Positions 25,947 to 37,219 of a stretch of 64,000 nt of DNA are shown here, piece by piece; position 1 is the first letter of the stretch, and the number at the start of each line of letters is the position of its first letter. The translations under genes were made by a program, and so were the position numbers. The notes beneath the pieces were generated by a model. It saw only the letters and a list, made by a program, of their open reading frames with translations, did no database searches and was not told where the DNA came from. The DNA is from a virus: the IMG/VR virus record IMGVR_UViG_3300030451_003654, positions 1 through 64,000 of that record, one strand, 5' to 3'.

Positions 25947-28161
25947 CCTTTAACCATTCAATAGAATTTATTTTAAGATAAGTAGCCATATCAAATGCCG
26001 CTAAAGCATCCGATGAAACAGTTGTAGAAGTACCTGTTCTAATTACATCAAGAGGAATTCCATTACCTGTTGCTATAATATGTCCACCACCTGTTGTATT
26101 ACATGCTTGTACTGAACATGCTTGTTTAGCAAATATAAAGAACGATGTTCCTATTTTACAACCATGAGGCAAACCAATAAAACCTGAAGATACATCCATT
26201 ACAATACTACTACCTGATTGACTTTGCCCTAAAATAGAATTTGCTGTAATAGTAGATACCTTAGCATTTAAATTATTAGAAGTAGAACCAATTACTTTCC
26301 AAAAAGATAATGATTGATTGTAACCTGTACTGTTATAATATTCTCCATGAAATTTCTCTACTTCATAATTTGGGTCTTCTTCTGCTGAATTTCTAACCGC
26401 TTGTATAGTAATAGATTCATTCGGTCTAATTAGTAAAGCCGATTGATTACCTCCGAATGGTGGGAATTCATATAAAGGATTACCATCAATATCAGGTATT
26501 CCACCCGCTATATGACTTTGTGTTATACAATTTGTTAAATTAACAGTATGAGCACTATATATTGTACTTGTATTATCTCTTGCATCAAACCCTTTATGCC
26601 AACATTGTTGAATTTTAATATTATGTGGTAATGCAGGGTCATCAACACAAAATACAAACATAGGTACATTTGCAATATTAGATAAAGTTAATCTTTTACC
26701 TGTAAATGTTGATGGGTTTGCTAAGTGTACAAATGCACCACCACCTACTAATCCATTAGCGGGATTTGGTACAGTTTTACCTTCTAACATTGTAGCATAA
26801 TCAGCATGGGCTGAACCACCAGATGCAATCCATTCTTGATTTAAAATTTGATTTTTAGCATTTATACCAATGTAAAATACTTCAGCAGTATTAGGGCTAA
26901 TTATTTGTGAAGGGTCAAGAGCACTTTGTATTGTAGGTTTTGCTGAAATTGTTGTACCAGCACCTGTTTCTTCTAATCGGAAAAACTTTTGCCTTGAAGC
27001 ATTATATGTTCCTAAGTTATCAATTTTATAATCAGCAGCAATACTTAAGCCTTGAATAAAATTTACAGTCAATGGTGCAGTATTATAAGTTACAGAACCA
27101 CCCGAAACAACAAGACTATTATTGATAGTTAAATGACCCGCTTCTGTTAAAGTAGCAATTGTAGTAGCAGCGTTATTTATAAATGTAAAGGATTGTGATG
27201 ATTCATCGTTATCAGCATCTATTCTAAAGGACATATTACCATCAGACCTAATTGCAAAGTCATTATCAGTTGGTCCAATTAAATCCCCTCCACTTATTGT
27301 TAAATCCCCTCCTATTACTACATTATCATCGGTGTCCATTGTAATAGTGCTTCCTGAGTCTGAGGCTTTGATGATATTGCTTCCCACGATTAAACTACCT
27401 GCAATTGACAAATCTCCATTACCATCAATTGAACCTTTTGAAGCCCCGCCATATTTAACATCTAATACAGGATTAGTAATTGTACCATCTTGACCTTCAA
27501 TAACTGCACCTGCTTCTCCACCCGTATTTTTAACATGAAGGATAGGCTTAGAACCTTCAGACCTTTCCATTTGAATAGCACCTACATTTGTAGAGCCATA
27601 GAAAGAAATATCTGTTCCGCTAATACCTATTACTTCAGCACCTGCGGTATTGTATATTTTATCAATACTTTCAGAAAGTACTGTCTTATTATACCCATAT
27701 AATTGTACAGGTCTTGTAATTACATTTGGGTCTGTTCCACCTACTACCTTTACCATAGCAACAGGTATATCACCCGTAGCCAAATTATCAGGTACTCTTG
27801 GTGTTGTACTTGCTGTTCCTTCTCTAACTTGTAATGCTGAACCCGCAATTACAATAATATCATATCTATCATTTGTACTATCCGCATCTGATGTTAATTC
27901 AACTGCGGTTGGAGTACCCGAATAAATCCTTCCATCTCTTTTATATTTAATTGCACCACTAAATTGAAATTTTGTTCTTGTTACTCCTGTTACTTGTTGA
28001 AAATTACTACCACCATAACTAACAACATAGTTACCTCTTGATGCTTGAGCAAGTACTTTAATAAGACCACTATGGATATGGTCTGTTCCGTCTTTTACTC
28101 CATCTGTTGTATTTGTTGCACTTAGCGATGTTATATAATCTTTATTTGTATAATCTACCAT
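25939..28161 (-). CDS. tail fibre protein
   Basis: N-terminal RYDIIVI...G.....P.VP...DIPVA fibre-anchor pattern and G/T/S-rich beta repeats (GDLTISGGD). Confidence 0.75.
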   Translation of the reverse strand: MVDYTNKDYITSLSATNTTDGVKDGTDHIHSGLIKVLAQASRGNYVVSYGGSNFQQVTGVTRTKFQFSGAIKYKRDGRIYSGTPTAVELTSDADSTNDRYDIIVIAGSALQVREGTASTTPRVPDNLATGDIPVAMVKVVGGTDPNVITRPVQLYGYNKTVLSESIDKIYNTAGAEVIGISGTDISFYGSTNVGAIQMERSEGSKPILHVKNTGGEAGAVIEGQDGTITNPVLDVKYGGASKGSIDGNGDLSIAGSLIVGSNIIKASDSGSTITMDTDDNVVIGGDLTISGGDLIGPTDNDFAIRSDGNMSFRIDADNDESSQSFTFINNAATTIATLTEAGHLTINNSLVVSGGSVTYNTAPLTVNFIQGLSIAADYKIDNLGTYNASRQKFFRLEETGAGTTISAKPTIQSALDPSQIISPNTAEVFYIGINAKNQILNQEWIASGGSAHADYATMLEGKTVPNPANGLVGGGAFVHLANPSTFTGKRLTLSNIANVPMFVFCVDDPALPHNIKIQQCWHKGFDARDNTSTIYSAHTVNLTNCITQSHIAGGIPDIDGNPLYEFPPFGGNQSALLIRPNESITIQAVRNSAEEDPNYEVEKFHGEYYNSTGYNQSLSFWKVIGSTSNNLNAKVSTITANSILGQSQSGSSIVMDVSSGFIGLPHGCKIGTSFFIFAKQACSVQACNTTGGGHIIATGNGIPLDVIRTGTSTTVSSDALAAFDMATYLKINSIEWLKVG

Positions 28162-28162
28162 T

Positions 28163-28537
28163 TTACTCTACCTCTATAATAATTCTTATGTCATAATTTT
28201 TTGTTGATTCAAGTGGTCCAATTGGGTCTATTGGTACTCTTAATAACATTGTTGTACCTGCCGAATCAAATATTCCTACTTCTCTAATCACATATCCTGT
28301 ATATGAAGAACCCGAAATTCTTGAATAAAACTCTACTTGGTTTGTTAAAGACCTTGTAACGGAATTTAATGCAAATGGGTTATTGTTAGTTATAGAAGCA
28401 TCAAGAGTATTTAATGTAGGGTCAGTACTTCCCCCTGCTTCTCCAATATCTATTTTATTAAATGCATTAAAGCCACCTGTTTTATCTCCTCTAATTGCTT
28501 GCGCTAATAATTCTTTTCCACCGTCTGTAATCGTCAT
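28163..28537 (-). CDS. tail fibre/baseplate-associated protein
   Basis: ITDGGKELLA...IREVGIFD pattern typical of tail-collar/fibre attachment proteins. Confidence 0.65.
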   Translation of the reverse strand: MTITDGGKELLAQAIRGDKTGGFNAFNKIDIGEAGGSTDPTLNTLDASITNNNPFALNSVTRSLTNQVEFYSRISGSSYTGYVIREVGIFDSAGTTMLLRVPIDPIGPLESTKNYDIRIIIEVE

Positions 28538-31500
28538 GCCAAATCCTCCCTCATCAGATTAGTAATGCTACCTGCACTTCCAATAAACCCTAATGGAGTA
28601 TTAAAACCTAATGTAGTGTTAAACCCAAGAGTTTGTTCAGGGGCAAGTCCTACTTCATCTATTTGTATTTCTAATTCTTTAATCTTAACGCCTGTAATAC
28701 TATCAAATATTTCAGCCGACTCTACAAATTCTGTTCCTCTAATTTCTGAAGAAACCTTTTTACCTGAAGCAATAACTTCAGCAATTCTATAAAATAAGTT
28801 TTTATTATAATAACCTAATGAATATACAGGTAATTTACCTATCCTATGGTTAATTGCTAAAATCATATACCTTCCTACTCTAATATTTAGACTTGGATAA
28901 TCTAACTTAATTATATCTCCTACTTCTAAATGTTCTGTACCTTCATCACCTATTGTAATATTAATTTGATTATTATCATTATTATGAAGTCTTAATAAAT
29001 CTAATGCTCTTTCATCTACTTGTTTTTGTGTCGTTAAACTCAAATCAGTTTCTTCAAGAGTTTTAATACCTACCTCTTTAATACTTTTATTATCTGACTT
29101 TAAACCTCTTACACCATTACCATAAACTATTACATTATTATATAAATCAAACATTGTTTTATTTCTTGATGTTGAAGTTATTTGTGACTCTCCTTCTGTT
29201 AAAGTTACATCTACTATATCATCTTCATCATTTATTTTTCTAATCTTAACATTTTTATTGATAACGATTGGTTCTAAGTTTTTATATCTTGAAATATAAA
29301 GTAGAGCATTATATAAATCCGAACCATTAAATGTAGGTGAAGCAAAGTACTTTTCGCTAATTTCTTTCTTTGTATAAGTAATATCATTTATTTCAAATAA
29401 ATCGTTAATAATATTTTCTATTTCTTGCCCTATATTAAAAGTTGTACCAATCTTAGCAGATTCTATATTTTGAGTATTAACAAATGCTGGAACTGTAATA
29501 TCAAAAGTTTCACCTAAAGAAACTAACCCTTTCATTTCTTTTATTTCATTAAAAGTTATTTTAGTCATACCTGATGAACTATGATTACCATCATCTATTA
29601 TTTCGTTTGACATATTCATTAGAGTGTTATACTTATTTATACCATCGTTTAGTGTTAGATTATAACTACCTTCAGGGAATTTTTCTAATATAGTTGCTTT
29701 ATTCCTTAATAATGGATAACTTGAAGAAATAGGTTCAGGGTCTAATAACACATACATAGATAAAATACCGTCTGCTGTTCCAGCCATACCTTCTTCTTCT
29801 ACAATTTCATTACCTACTAATTGTGTTGCATTAACAGCAGTACCACCACTATCTACTTTAAAAGTTTCTTGTTTTTTCCCACTTACATTTATCTTAGGTA
29901 TGTTTTCTAAGGTTTCATTTTTAGTAGGATGTTTTGAATATCTTGTAGATAAAGAATTTAAAAATATTTCTTTAGGGCTAAAATCGTAAAAACAAGTATC
30001 AGATAATTTCATTACTCTATATCCTTGCATTGTTACATCTACTGTTCCTGCGTTATCAATCCATATATTATGTATTTGTTGTCCATCTGTACTAAAAGTT
30101 ATTTCATGTTTTAATATTTGATGTATATGAGCAGGTATTACATGCTTTGCTTTAAAGTAATTTGCATTTGTTAAAGGTGTCCATTCATAAGTACTTGGGT
30201 TATATTCTCCAGGCATTTTTAAACTTACTACTGAAGGTGCGCTAAACTGTGTATTAGCAGTATCTTCTCCTGCAATTGTAACATTACTAACTAAATATAA
30301 ACCTGTTAGATTAGGAGAAAATTGTAACCAATTATTTTTAAATACACCTGTACTAAAATCAATTGTAATTTGTCTTATATCTCCATTATCCATAAGTTTA
30401 AATCTATCCTCAGAAGAAAAATCAGCATCAACATTAGAAACTATTATACCTGTATCAGCATCATGTAATAATAGATGAGGCTTAAATGCAAATAAACCTG
30501 CTAATATATTATCTTCAACACCACGACTTGAAGATATATTTTTTGTAAATTCTGTACTATACCTATGTGGTGCCCAAAATTGACTACAACTAAGAATAGG
30601 AAAATGCCATGAAAATACAGCATCTTGTTGTGCACCATTTCCGTCATTATAATGTTCTGCAAACATATCTGATTGATATACTGTGCCTCCCGATTTAACT
30701 AACGAAGTACTTTGATTATGAGGAAATGCCCAACCATAATTCATACCATTACTAAAACCATCAATTTCTGTTTGTATAGAAAAAGAAGCACCAGCAGTTA
30801 AATGTTTATTATTTTTAAAAGAACCTTGAATCGGTTTTTGATGTAAAAGAGTAAAATAACCTGAAGAATATAAACCTCCATGATTTAAATTATCTCCAGA
30901 ACTTGTATAGGTTTTAATACCATATTTAATATTTAAACCACTAACTACTGTATTATTACCTTCTTCAAATACTTGCATAAGTCTTGAAGGATGATAATAT
31001 GTTTTATAATGTGGGTCGTGTCTATAAATTCGAGTACCTGAAGATAAATTCCTACCTGCATATGCGGAAAATAAATCTAATTCACTATTAGCCGTATCTA
31101 TTGCTTGTACCATTCCTATAAATCTTGGTCTTTTAATATCATCATTTTCAAGATAATAAATCATATCTTTTACTTGATAAACTGAAGTATCTAATACCTC
31201 AATACTGTTATCTCCATTATTACAAGCGGAAGTTGAATCTGATTGCATGTAATTAAAAGTACCACCTACATAAGACCTATCTCCTCTATCCATTGATGTA
31301 GCACTTCCTGTTCCACCTACTTCTTTATATCTATGTGTAGTAGCGAAAGGATGTAGTCTTTTTGCACCAGCAAACGACTTTGCTTCTAAACCAAAATCAA
31401 ATGCTGTATTATCAGACCATAAATAATACCCTGCAAAAACAAATGGTAAATATACTTTAGGTAAATCAATATCTACATTAAATGTATGTCCAGCACCATC

Positions 31501-34500
31501 AAAAGAGGTAGTACTCCAATCGGCAGAAGCCAAATTAAAAATATAGAACATTTCTACAGTATCGCCCCAATGTTTTCCTTTTTCTGAAAAATAAGTAGTT
31601 TCGCCAACAGCAGTATTTTGTTCGGGGAATAGAGAAAATCTTAGATAAGCCGTATTATGATGCATCTGAATATATCTATTATCTCTTATAAGACCTGCAT
31701 TACTCGCTAATAGTCCTTCAATATTAGGTCGCCAATTATTTCCAAAACTTCCATATTTAAATACAGTATTAAAAGGAGTAAAACTTGTTTTACTAAGTCT
31801 ATCTTTATCTCTTGTTCCTGAAGCGTCTTTTAACTGTACTCTCATAACATATATATCATCATCTACTGCCATTGGTACTAATGCACCATCAGCATTTCCA
31901 TTAGCAGGAAATCTTAGACTATTACATCTTTGGTCGGTAGTCATCATAAAATCTCCACCTAATGTATGTCTTAATCCATGAAAACCTTGAGAAAAGGAAT
32001 TTAAATTACTACGAGTAATTAACCTTACTCTATTTCTTGTATCACCATCTCTTAAGGTTAAAACTAAATCATTTGACGGACTACCAATTCCTGCTGCTGC
32101 AAATGTAACTGTATCTCCTATTTCATAATCTTGTCCACGATTAGCATCATTTATAGTAAATATACTTGTAACTGCACCACCCGATACAACAACAGTCATT
32201 ATTAGTCCTGTTCCTATACCATCTGTTGTTGATGATACATTTGTATAAGTACCGTCAGTAGCATCAGATACATTAGTAGTTATTGCACCTACTAAATCAT
32301 TCGGAGTAATTTTTCCACTTATTGATGAGTGTACAATGCCCAACATTTCTCCTGTATTTTTAAACAATACATCATAACCGTGGTCTAAATCTGCAAATTG
32401 TCCATCATTAAAATCTTGAAACCAATTACCTGTTGAAACATATATATTTGTTTCTCCGACAGTTACATTTTCGCTAATTTTAATAGGTGATTTATGGGCT
32501 AATCTTATTATTTGATAGTCATCTCTATATGATAAACCAGTATATTCATAACCTGATGTTTCAATATTTTCCATATCAATAATATTAAAAGACATGTCAA
32601 AGCCAATTTCTACTAATCTTCCTAAACTTGCTCTTTTAATATTTTGTGGTGATATACTTGAATTTATAATAGGTGAATACGAGTAATCATTAGAAGTTTT
32701 TTCAGTTGATACACCTTTACCATGATATTCTGAATGACTAATGTTTGATGCTATATCACTTCCTTTTGATATTAATGTTAGACCAAAATCCGAAAAATTA
32801 AAATTATGCCCACTATACCCAATATGATTTTCATTATTTATACTATCATTATAAATATCACAAGGCGCAAAAATATGATAAAATAAACCTTTAGGGTCAG
32901 TTATTTCAAAATTATATTTAACATCACTTGTATTAGACCATACATTAGGATATGCAGAATTTCTATAAAAGAAAAACCCTACATTATTTATAAATAAAGA
33001 ATAATCTACTAATGGTAAAACTTCATTACCTGTGTATAATGTGTTTGCTAAAATTGGTTTTGTATTAGATTTAGAATTATCATAATATGTAAAATCAGCA
33101 CAAAGACTTCCTAAGAATGTTTTATGCCCTCTTGCTTCGGGAGGCTTAATTAACATAGTTTCTGTACCATCTGATAAGGAAGATTTTAAAGTATTATTTA
33201 GTAAATTATTAAATTCTGACATAGGGGCATATATAGTAGGACTACTACTTGTTACCACATCGCTGGAATTAGTAATAGTCAAAGATTCTTTAAATTTATA
33301 ACTCGTAGCATATTTAATATATGTAGGTTTAATTCTTGAGTATTGATTATTATTAGTAGGCGAACCATAATTTGTTTCATTAATAATATAATCTATTTTA
33401 TATAAATTAGTGCTATTTTGTAAATCAATATATTTAAAAATAGGATTACCAAATATATTATTTTCATTTCTATTAATAGCAATAGCCTTTCTATTATTAG
33501 GAGTAGTATGAGTTTTATTATGTACGAGATTTACCAAACCACCATTAGTTAAACTTTGAGTATTAATTAAATATAGCCCTGCGCTATTTGTATATCTATT
33601 ATCTGATGTATTAGCATCTACTCTACCTAATAAAAATGGAGATACAGGTGATATTGTAATTACCTTCTCTTCATTTTCTGCACCAGAAACTGATACAATA
33701 TCATAATTAGTCAAAGAAGATATTGTATTTATACTATGATAAGTATTAGTAGCCCCTTCAGTTGAAAGTCTAAATAAAAACTCATTATCATTATTTACAT
33801 TAGTAGGACTGTTAATATCATATCCTAAAGACAGACTACCTGTTGTACCTGCTTTTTCTACAAGGGTTGTTTCATTACCATATGAAGGGTGTGTTTTTCC
33901 AGCAGTAAAATATAATCCTTTATCAGCAGCATTTTTAATATTATTAGCATATTTTGTTGCATCTTTATTTGTTTCTATACCTGTTCCTGATATAATATAA
34001 TCTGATGTAGCAACATGAATAAGAGAAGATTTAGGATAATAACATCTTGCAGGTTCTATAAATGTAATAGCATTAACATTAACTTCCTTTACCGCAGCAA
34101 TAAATCTACCATCTGATGTATATAGTTTAGTACCATAAGTCCATGTTGTATGGTCGCCCCCTAAATATTGTGTTGCCCCTGTATCGCCTGGAAATATACC
34201 CGATAAACTAAATGATGTATTAGATACAAGACCAACATTTGTTTCCCTAATGTCTTGTATAGGATGTTCTGTTGAATAAATGTAATCGCTTGAATGAAGA
34301 TATGATTTGTTAATTATAGGTCCTAATAATTTATGTATATCATCTCTACCTTTAATATTATAAATTAATTGTCCTGATGAATTTAATTCGTCTTCTATAT
34401 GTTCCACAGAACCATTAAATAATATTTTATCAATTATTGCTGAACCTGAAAAATAATCTAAAATACTAATAGTATTACTTCCGTGATATGAAAATGAAGG

Positions 34501-36132
34501 TATATTACTTAAAGACATATATTTATGCAATTCATTAACAGAACTAATATTAAGCCTTGTACCTGTTAATTGTCCACCTTTTAATTGAATTTCTAATCTA
34601 TTATATAAATTACCATCAATGTTAGAATCATATTTAAAGTTAGATAATTCTGTACTCCATTCCTTTCTAAAATAATTTTCATTATTTAATGTAATTGGGA
34701 AATTACTACTTTGCCAAAATTTATCTGTTGTCTTTCTCCAATATGCTATCGGTAATGACCCTTGATAATAGTTATTAGTTGAATCTAATGTAGGCGTTTC
34801 AAGTGGGTCTGAATCTAATATAAAGAAATAATTTTGTATTCTAATAATTGCTGTATTACCGCTTGCATCTTCAATAATTTCTGAACCATCTACATTAGCA
34901 AACATATCAGGTGATTGTATATTGGTAACCACAATAGCCGATGTTCCTGCTGTTATAGATGCTAATCCCTCTAATTGTGCAGTATGAGAATTGGTTAAAT
35001 TGTCTTCAAACATTACCTGCCTTACCTTTAAATCATCATATAAATTAATTTTTTCATCAATAATTTTACTTGTATCTACTAATGTAATTTGTCCAAAAGA
35101 ACCTACTTTATTAATAGTTTTACTAATATCTAAATCAATAACAACAGGCATAAAATTAGCAATTTCGAGTGAGTCATTATATGTAATATATCTTTTAGGT
35201 CCTCTATATGCACCTGCTTGGTCTAATATACCTCTATTAATATTTACAAAACAATCATCCCAAGATGTTAAATCAACAGTATATGTACCATGATTTCCTG
35301 TTCCTCCTAAATCAGATACAATACTTTGATTAGATGAATTAATTTCATCTTTATTTTTAAGATTATCAACTAAATTAACTTGATAAGTAAATGGTGATTT
35401 ATCTATCACCCTTTGACTACTATTAGATTCTGTAACAAAATGAGTTGTAATAGGACTTACTTGGTTATTTAATTTCAGTAGTTTATATTTAGTAGAATAA
35501 TCTAATTGGTTTTTGATATTAAGTCTATCATTGTAAAAATAAAATATAGGACTACTAGCGGTTGTTCTACTAAAATATCTTCCTACATTTGAATTACCTA
35601 AGACTCCAAAACTTACCGCTACTGTTTCTGTTTCTGTTTTTAGAGGTCCTTTATAAATAGCATATTTAATCCCTTTTACATTATCTATTTTAGTCTTAGG
35701 GCTAAATTCAAAGGCATCATTAGGTGCATCATATTGTATCTGTTCTGTGATTTTTGCAACATGTGTTTTATTTCTGTGAGTTTCAAAATGACCTGAAGTA
35801 AATGCTTCAGTAGAATATATTACTACAAAGTAATCATATAGTGGGTCTAAGGTTAAGGTTTGTCCGACAGGTAATTTTAATTGATATGATTTTGTATTTA
35901 CAGGATTTTCTAAAATATCGTTTATTGATTGTTCTGAAGGAAGATGTCTGTTAATTATACCTACGCCTGTTGGATTTTGAGCGTTGTGCTTTGTGGTTAT
36001 TGTATATGATGATAAACTCCATTGTGTTTCTGTTCTTGTATCTACAATAACAGGATTAGTAGATACATCATATCCCGCATCTCCAGCAGAAGAATAAGAA
36101 GTTTTACCCTTTTTAAGTGCATAAAATGACAT
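28534..36132 (-). CDS. giant (2532 aa) tail hub/central fibre protein
   Basis: IKGRD hub-like motif near residue 600, C-terminal NNVIVYG...LEVGDII baseplate-hub pattern and many inserted beta domains; downstream of the tape measure gene. Confidence 0.7.
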   Translation of the reverse strand: MSFYALKKGKTSYSSAGDAGYDVSTNPVIVDTRTETQWSLSSYTITTKHNAQNPTGVGIINRHLPSEQSINDILENPVNTKSYQLKLPVGQTLTLDPLYDYFVVIYSTEAFTSGHFETHRNKTHVAKITEQIQYDAPNDAFEFSPKTKIDNVKGIKYAIYKGPLKTETETVAVSFGVLGNSNVGRYFSRTTASSPIFYFYNDRLNIKNQLDYSTKYKLLKLNNQVSPITTHFVTESNSSQRVIDKSPFTYQVNLVDNLKNKDEINSSNQSIVSDLGGTGNHGTYTVDLTSWDDCFVNINRGILDQAGAYRGPKRYITYNDSLEIANFMPVVIDLDISKTINKVGSFGQITLVDTSKIIDEKINLYDDLKVRQVMFEDNLTNSHTAQLEGLASITAGTSAIVVTNIQSPDMFANVDGSEIIEDASGNTAIIRIQNYFFILDSDPLETPTLDSTNNYYQGSLPIAYWRKTTDKFWQSSNFPITLNNENYFRKEWSTELSNFKYDSNIDGNLYNRLEIQLKGGQLTGTRLNISSVNELHKYMSLSNIPSFSYHGSNTISILDYFSGSAIIDKILFNGSVEHIEDELNSSGQLIYNIKGRDDIHKLLGPIINKSYLHSSDYIYSTEHPIQDIRETNVGLVSNTSFSLSGIFPGDTGATQYLGGDHTTWTYGTKLYTSDGRFIAAVKEVNVNAITFIEPARCYYPKSSLIHVATSDYIISGTGIETNKDATKYANNIKNAADKGLYFTAGKTHPSYGNETTLVEKAGTTGSLSLGYDINSPTNVNNDNEFLFRLSTEGATNTYHSINTISSLTNYDIVSVSGAENEEKVITISPVSPFLLGRVDANTSDNRYTNSAGLYLINTQSLTNGGLVNLVHNKTHTTPNNRKAIAINRNENNIFGNPIFKYIDLQNSTNLYKIDYIINETNYGSPTNNNQYSRIKPTYIKYATSYKFKESLTITNSSDVVTSSSPTIYAPMSEFNNLLNNTLKSSLSDGTETMLIKPPEARGHKTFLGSLCADFTYYDNSKSNTKPILANTLYTGNEVLPLVDYSLFINNVGFFFYRNSAYPNVWSNTSDVKYNFEITDPKGLFYHIFAPCDIYNDSINNENHIGYSGHNFNFSDFGLTLISKGSDIASNISHSEYHGKGVSTEKTSNDYSYSPIINSSISPQNIKRASLGRLVEIGFDMSFNIIDMENIETSGYEYTGLSYRDDYQIIRLAHKSPIKISENVTVGETNIYVSTGNWFQDFNDGQFADLDHGYDVLFKNTGEMLGIVHSSISGKITPNDLVGAITTNVSDATDGTYTNVSSTTDGIGTGLIMTVVVSGGAVTSIFTINDANRGQDYEIGDTVTFAAAGIGSPSNDLVLTLRDGDTRNRVRLITRSNLNSFSQGFHGLRHTLGGDFMMTTDQRCNSLRFPANGNADGALVPMAVDDDIYVMRVQLKDASGTRDKDRLSKTSFTPFNTVFKYGSFGNNWRPNIEGLLASNAGLIRDNRYIQMHHNTAYLRFSLFPEQNTAVGETTYFSEKGKHWGDTVEMFYIFNLASADWSTTSFDGAGHTFNVDIDLPKVYLPFVFAGYYLWSDNTAFDFGLEAKSFAGAKRLHPFATTHRYKEVGGTGSATSMDRGDRSYVGGTFNYMQSDSTSACNNGDNSIEVLDTSVYQVKDMIYYLENDDIKRPRFIGMVQAIDTANSELDLFSAYAGRNLSSGTRIYRHDPHYKTYYHPSRLMQVFEEGNNTVVSGLNIKYGIKTYTSSGDNLNHGGLYSSGYFTLLHQKPIQGSFKNNKHLTAGASFSIQTEIDGFSNGMNYGWAFPHNQSTSLVKSGGTVYQSDMFAEHYNDGNGAQQDAVFSWHFPILSCSQFWAPHRYSTEFTKNISSSRGVEDNILAGLFAFKPHLLLHDADTGIIVSNVDADFSSEDRFKLMDNGDIRQITIDFSTGVFKNNWLQFSPNLTGLYLVSNVTIAGEDTANTQFSAPSVVSLKMPGEYNPSTYEWTPLTNANYFKAKHVIPAHIHQILKHEITFSTDGQQIHNIWIDNAGTVDVTMQGYRVMKLSDTCFYDFSPKEIFLNSLSTRYSKHPTKNETLENIPKINVSGKKQETFKVDSGGTAVNATQLVGNEIVEEEGMAGTADGILSMYVLLDPEPISSSYPLLRNKATILEKFPEGSYNLTLNDGINKYNTLMNMSNEIIDDGNHSSSGMTKITFNEIKEMKGLVSLGETFDITVPAFVNTQNIESAKIGTTFNIGQEIENIINDLFEINDITYTKKEISEKYFASPTFNGSDLYNALLYISRYKNLEPIVINKNVKIRKINDEDDIVDVTLTEGESQITSTSRNKTMFDLYNNVIVYGNGVRGLKSDNKSIKEVGIKTLEETDLSLTTQKQVDERALDLLRLHNNDNNQINITIGDEGTEHLEVGDIIKLDYPSLNIRVGRYMILAINHRIGKLPVYSLGYYNKNLFYRIAEVIASGKKVSSEIRGTEFVESAEIFDSITGVKIKELEIQIDEVGLAPEQTLGFNTTLGFNTPLGFIGSAGSITNLMREDLA

Positions 36133-37214
36133 TATCTTTCAGCCTCCTCAAATGTTAAATATAATTTTAGTGTTTTTCTTTGCGGGAATAATGTATATAT
36201 TGAAGGGAAATCTGTAATTAAATCATCATTAAACGCTAATTCATGTATTTCTCCCATAAATTGAGTTGTTCTTGGAATAGCAGCGTTTGGGTTTTGTCCG
36301 ATATAAATAGAAGTATCTGAAAAATTAAAGTCTGTTTCAATATCATTTCTTCTATCTTTATGTCTTTTTGTAGTGACTAAAGAACCATTAAGGAATATAC
36401 TCATTAGACCTGTTGCATTATTAAATGAAGCAGCAATATGATAATTACCTAAAACATATAAAGGCTCTTTTAAAGGTTCAGCAAATATTTTAAAATTATT
36501 ATTATTATTATATCCTACTCTATCATATACTCCGCTAAGATGAATACCTGTTGTACCTGTTACATCTATTTGTTCAACACTTCCCATTAAATTATTTTCA
36601 ATATCGTATAACAAATCTCCTACGACAAAATTATTTGCGGATGAAGCAGACATTGATAAAAAAGTATCATAAGAACTGCTTTGTATTGCTGTACCTGCAC
36701 CGTTAAGAATATGTCTTCTAATGGTTTGAAATCCCTCATACATATCATTTATATTATTCATATTAGTATGATTTGATACAGGTACAATAATATTGTTTGT
36801 ATATAATGTATCATTGTTTGCAATTTTAACTCTAAAACCTATTTGATATTCGGCTGGATTATTATTAGTATTTACAGTATTATTTTGTAAAAATATTTCT
36901 ACATTATCTGAATAAAATAAAGTCATTTTTTGATTTATTCTTTGTGCGTTTGGTAAATATAAACTACTTTGATTTGAAGCATTTGCATGAGAAGGCATAG
37001 TTTTATCAGAATCATAAACTATATTTTTAATGTTACCATTGCAATCATAGGGAGTAACAATAGTTTGAAATGTAAATGAATCAGATATTTCCCAAATACC
37101 ATATGGGTTATTATTTGGTACATTAGATGTATATGGAATAGTAATATACCCATCAGACATAACAGGAAATTTTAATGATTTCCTATTACCAATATAAGTA
37201 TTATAATTAACCAT
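36132..37214 (-). CDS. tail protein with split LamG/concanavalin A-like domain
   Basis: SFTFQTIVTP...YHIAASFNN..G.MSIFLNG...YIGQ...FMGEIHELA. Confidence 0.7.
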   Translation of the reverse strand: MVNYNTYIGNRKSLKFPVMSDGYITIPYTSNVPNNNPYGIWEISDSFTFQTIVTPYDCNGNIKNIVYDSDKTMPSHANASNQSSLYLPNAQRINQKMTLFYSDNVEIFLQNNTVNTNNNPAEYQIGFRVKIANNDTLYTNNIIVPVSNHTNMNNINDMYEGFQTIRRHILNGAGTAIQSSSYDTFLSMSASSANNFVVGDLLYDIENNLMGSVEQIDVTGTTGIHLSGVYDRVGYNNNNNFKIFAEPLKEPLYVLGNYHIAASFNNATGLMSIFLNGSLVTTKRHKDRRNDIETDFNFSDTSIYIGQNPNAAIPRTTQFMGEIHELAFNDDLITDFPSIYTLFPQRKTLKLYLTFEEAER

Positions 37215-37219
37215 TTAAT

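Noticed and set aside
25290-36132. Diversity-generating retroelement targeting tail fibres
   Set aside because: No reverse transcriptase and no template/variable repeat pair were noticed.
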